Shown: in pieces, positions 37,682-38,146 of the stretch | Layout of the letters: every line of letters begins with the position of its first letter | Position numbering within the stretch: the stretch's first letter is position 1 | Assembly: GCA_027365375.1 (NCBI GenBank) | Contig: DAHXNM010000007.1 | Span: forward strand, 1-38,146 | Length of the DNA stretch: 38,146 nucleotides | Source: Ferrimicrobium sp. | GTDB lineage: Bacteria > Actinomycetota > Acidimicrobiia > Acidimicrobiales > Acidimicrobiaceae | Direction: 5' to 3' | Position numbers and translations under genes: made by a program | The notes under the pieces: generated by a model | Database searches by the model: none | The model's input: only the letters and a program-made list of their open reading frames with translations | Told to the model about the DNA's origin: nothing

Positions 37682-38146
37682 CAGACCTTTGGCCAGTTGG
37701 CGAGGATGACTGTCTGTGCGGCATTGAGCTGGGTCTGACTCGGAAAGACGGGTGTACCGCTCACTGGAGGGACGGCTGCCAGGTAGGTCTTATTTACGGT
37801 CCCATCCTTGACCATGGAGGTCAATCGGATTGGATCGGTATAACCCTTCAGCCATAGATTCTGTCCAGCATTTGAGTAGAGGTACTCCTCCCAGAGGCGC
37901 GCTGCTGCCGGATGGGGTGCATCCTTGGCGATGGCTTGGGCGTAATAGGACGCATAGTGGACACCCTTTGGGATGATCACTTTCCAGTCAATCTTGCCTT
38001 TGAGCGCGTTCTGATAGGCGACGTTCAAGTAGTCCCAGTCGATATTGACTTTGACCTCACCAGAGGAGATCGTCGCAGCGGAGGACTGAACGGGGATGAA
38101 GTTCCCAATCGTCTTCAGGTGCTCAAAATACTTGATCCCTGGCGTG
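37681..38146 (-). CDS. ABC substrate-binding protein (PotD/AfuA-like cluster); 5' end outside the window
   Basis: The frame is open to the window edge: GIKYFEHLKTIGNFIPV...IDWDYLN...YYAQAIAKDAPHPAAARLWEEYLYS. Confidence 0.88.
   Translation of the reverse strand, partial: TPGIKYFEHLKTIGNFIPVQSSAATISSGEVKVNIDWDYLNVAYQNALKGKIDWKVIIPKGVHYASYYAQAIAKDAPHPAAARLWEEYLYSNAGQNLWLKGYTDPIRLTSMVKDGTVNKTYLAAVPPVSGTPVFPSQTQLNAAQTVILANWPKV

Overview
Bacterial chromosomal window, most likely from an actinobacterium. This rests on WhiB, the Rv3679/Rv3680-type ATPase pair, a Streptomyces-style hut cluster and leaderless promoters. An acidophilic Acidimicrobiia member is a plausible but unproven guess. Left part (1-18.65 kb): a partial DSD1/D-threonine-aldolase-type PLP enzyme with no canonical start codon, an orphan phage-type Holliday-junction-resolvase-like gene, a PrmC-like methyltransferase with an altered motif, an S9 peptidase, a hut operon (M20 amidohydrolase-hutF-hutU-hutI), a DUF929-like thioredoxin + VKOR pair, a KimA/YdaO-like transporter, whiB, two ArsA/Get3-like ATPases, a receiver-only response regulator whose stop codon lies inside tRNA-Pro(CGG), and a NUDIX gene starting 1 nt after the tRNA CCA. 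Right part (19-38 kb), an accessory-looking transport block: an Fe3+/Fbp-type ABC system converging on a COG4280-like/small membrane protein/ChrB_N-like operon with tandem palindromic operators, a Ugp-like ABC system with PHO-box-like repeats and a 39-bp tandem duplication, an OmpR/sensor kinase pair, a single-chain EtfB-EtfA fusion, a ~100-nt rod-like candidate RNA, and a PotA-type ABC operon ending in a PhnZ-like HD oxygenase. No CRISPR array, rRNA, integrase or transposase was seen. All family assignments come from reading motifs by eye, not from database searches.
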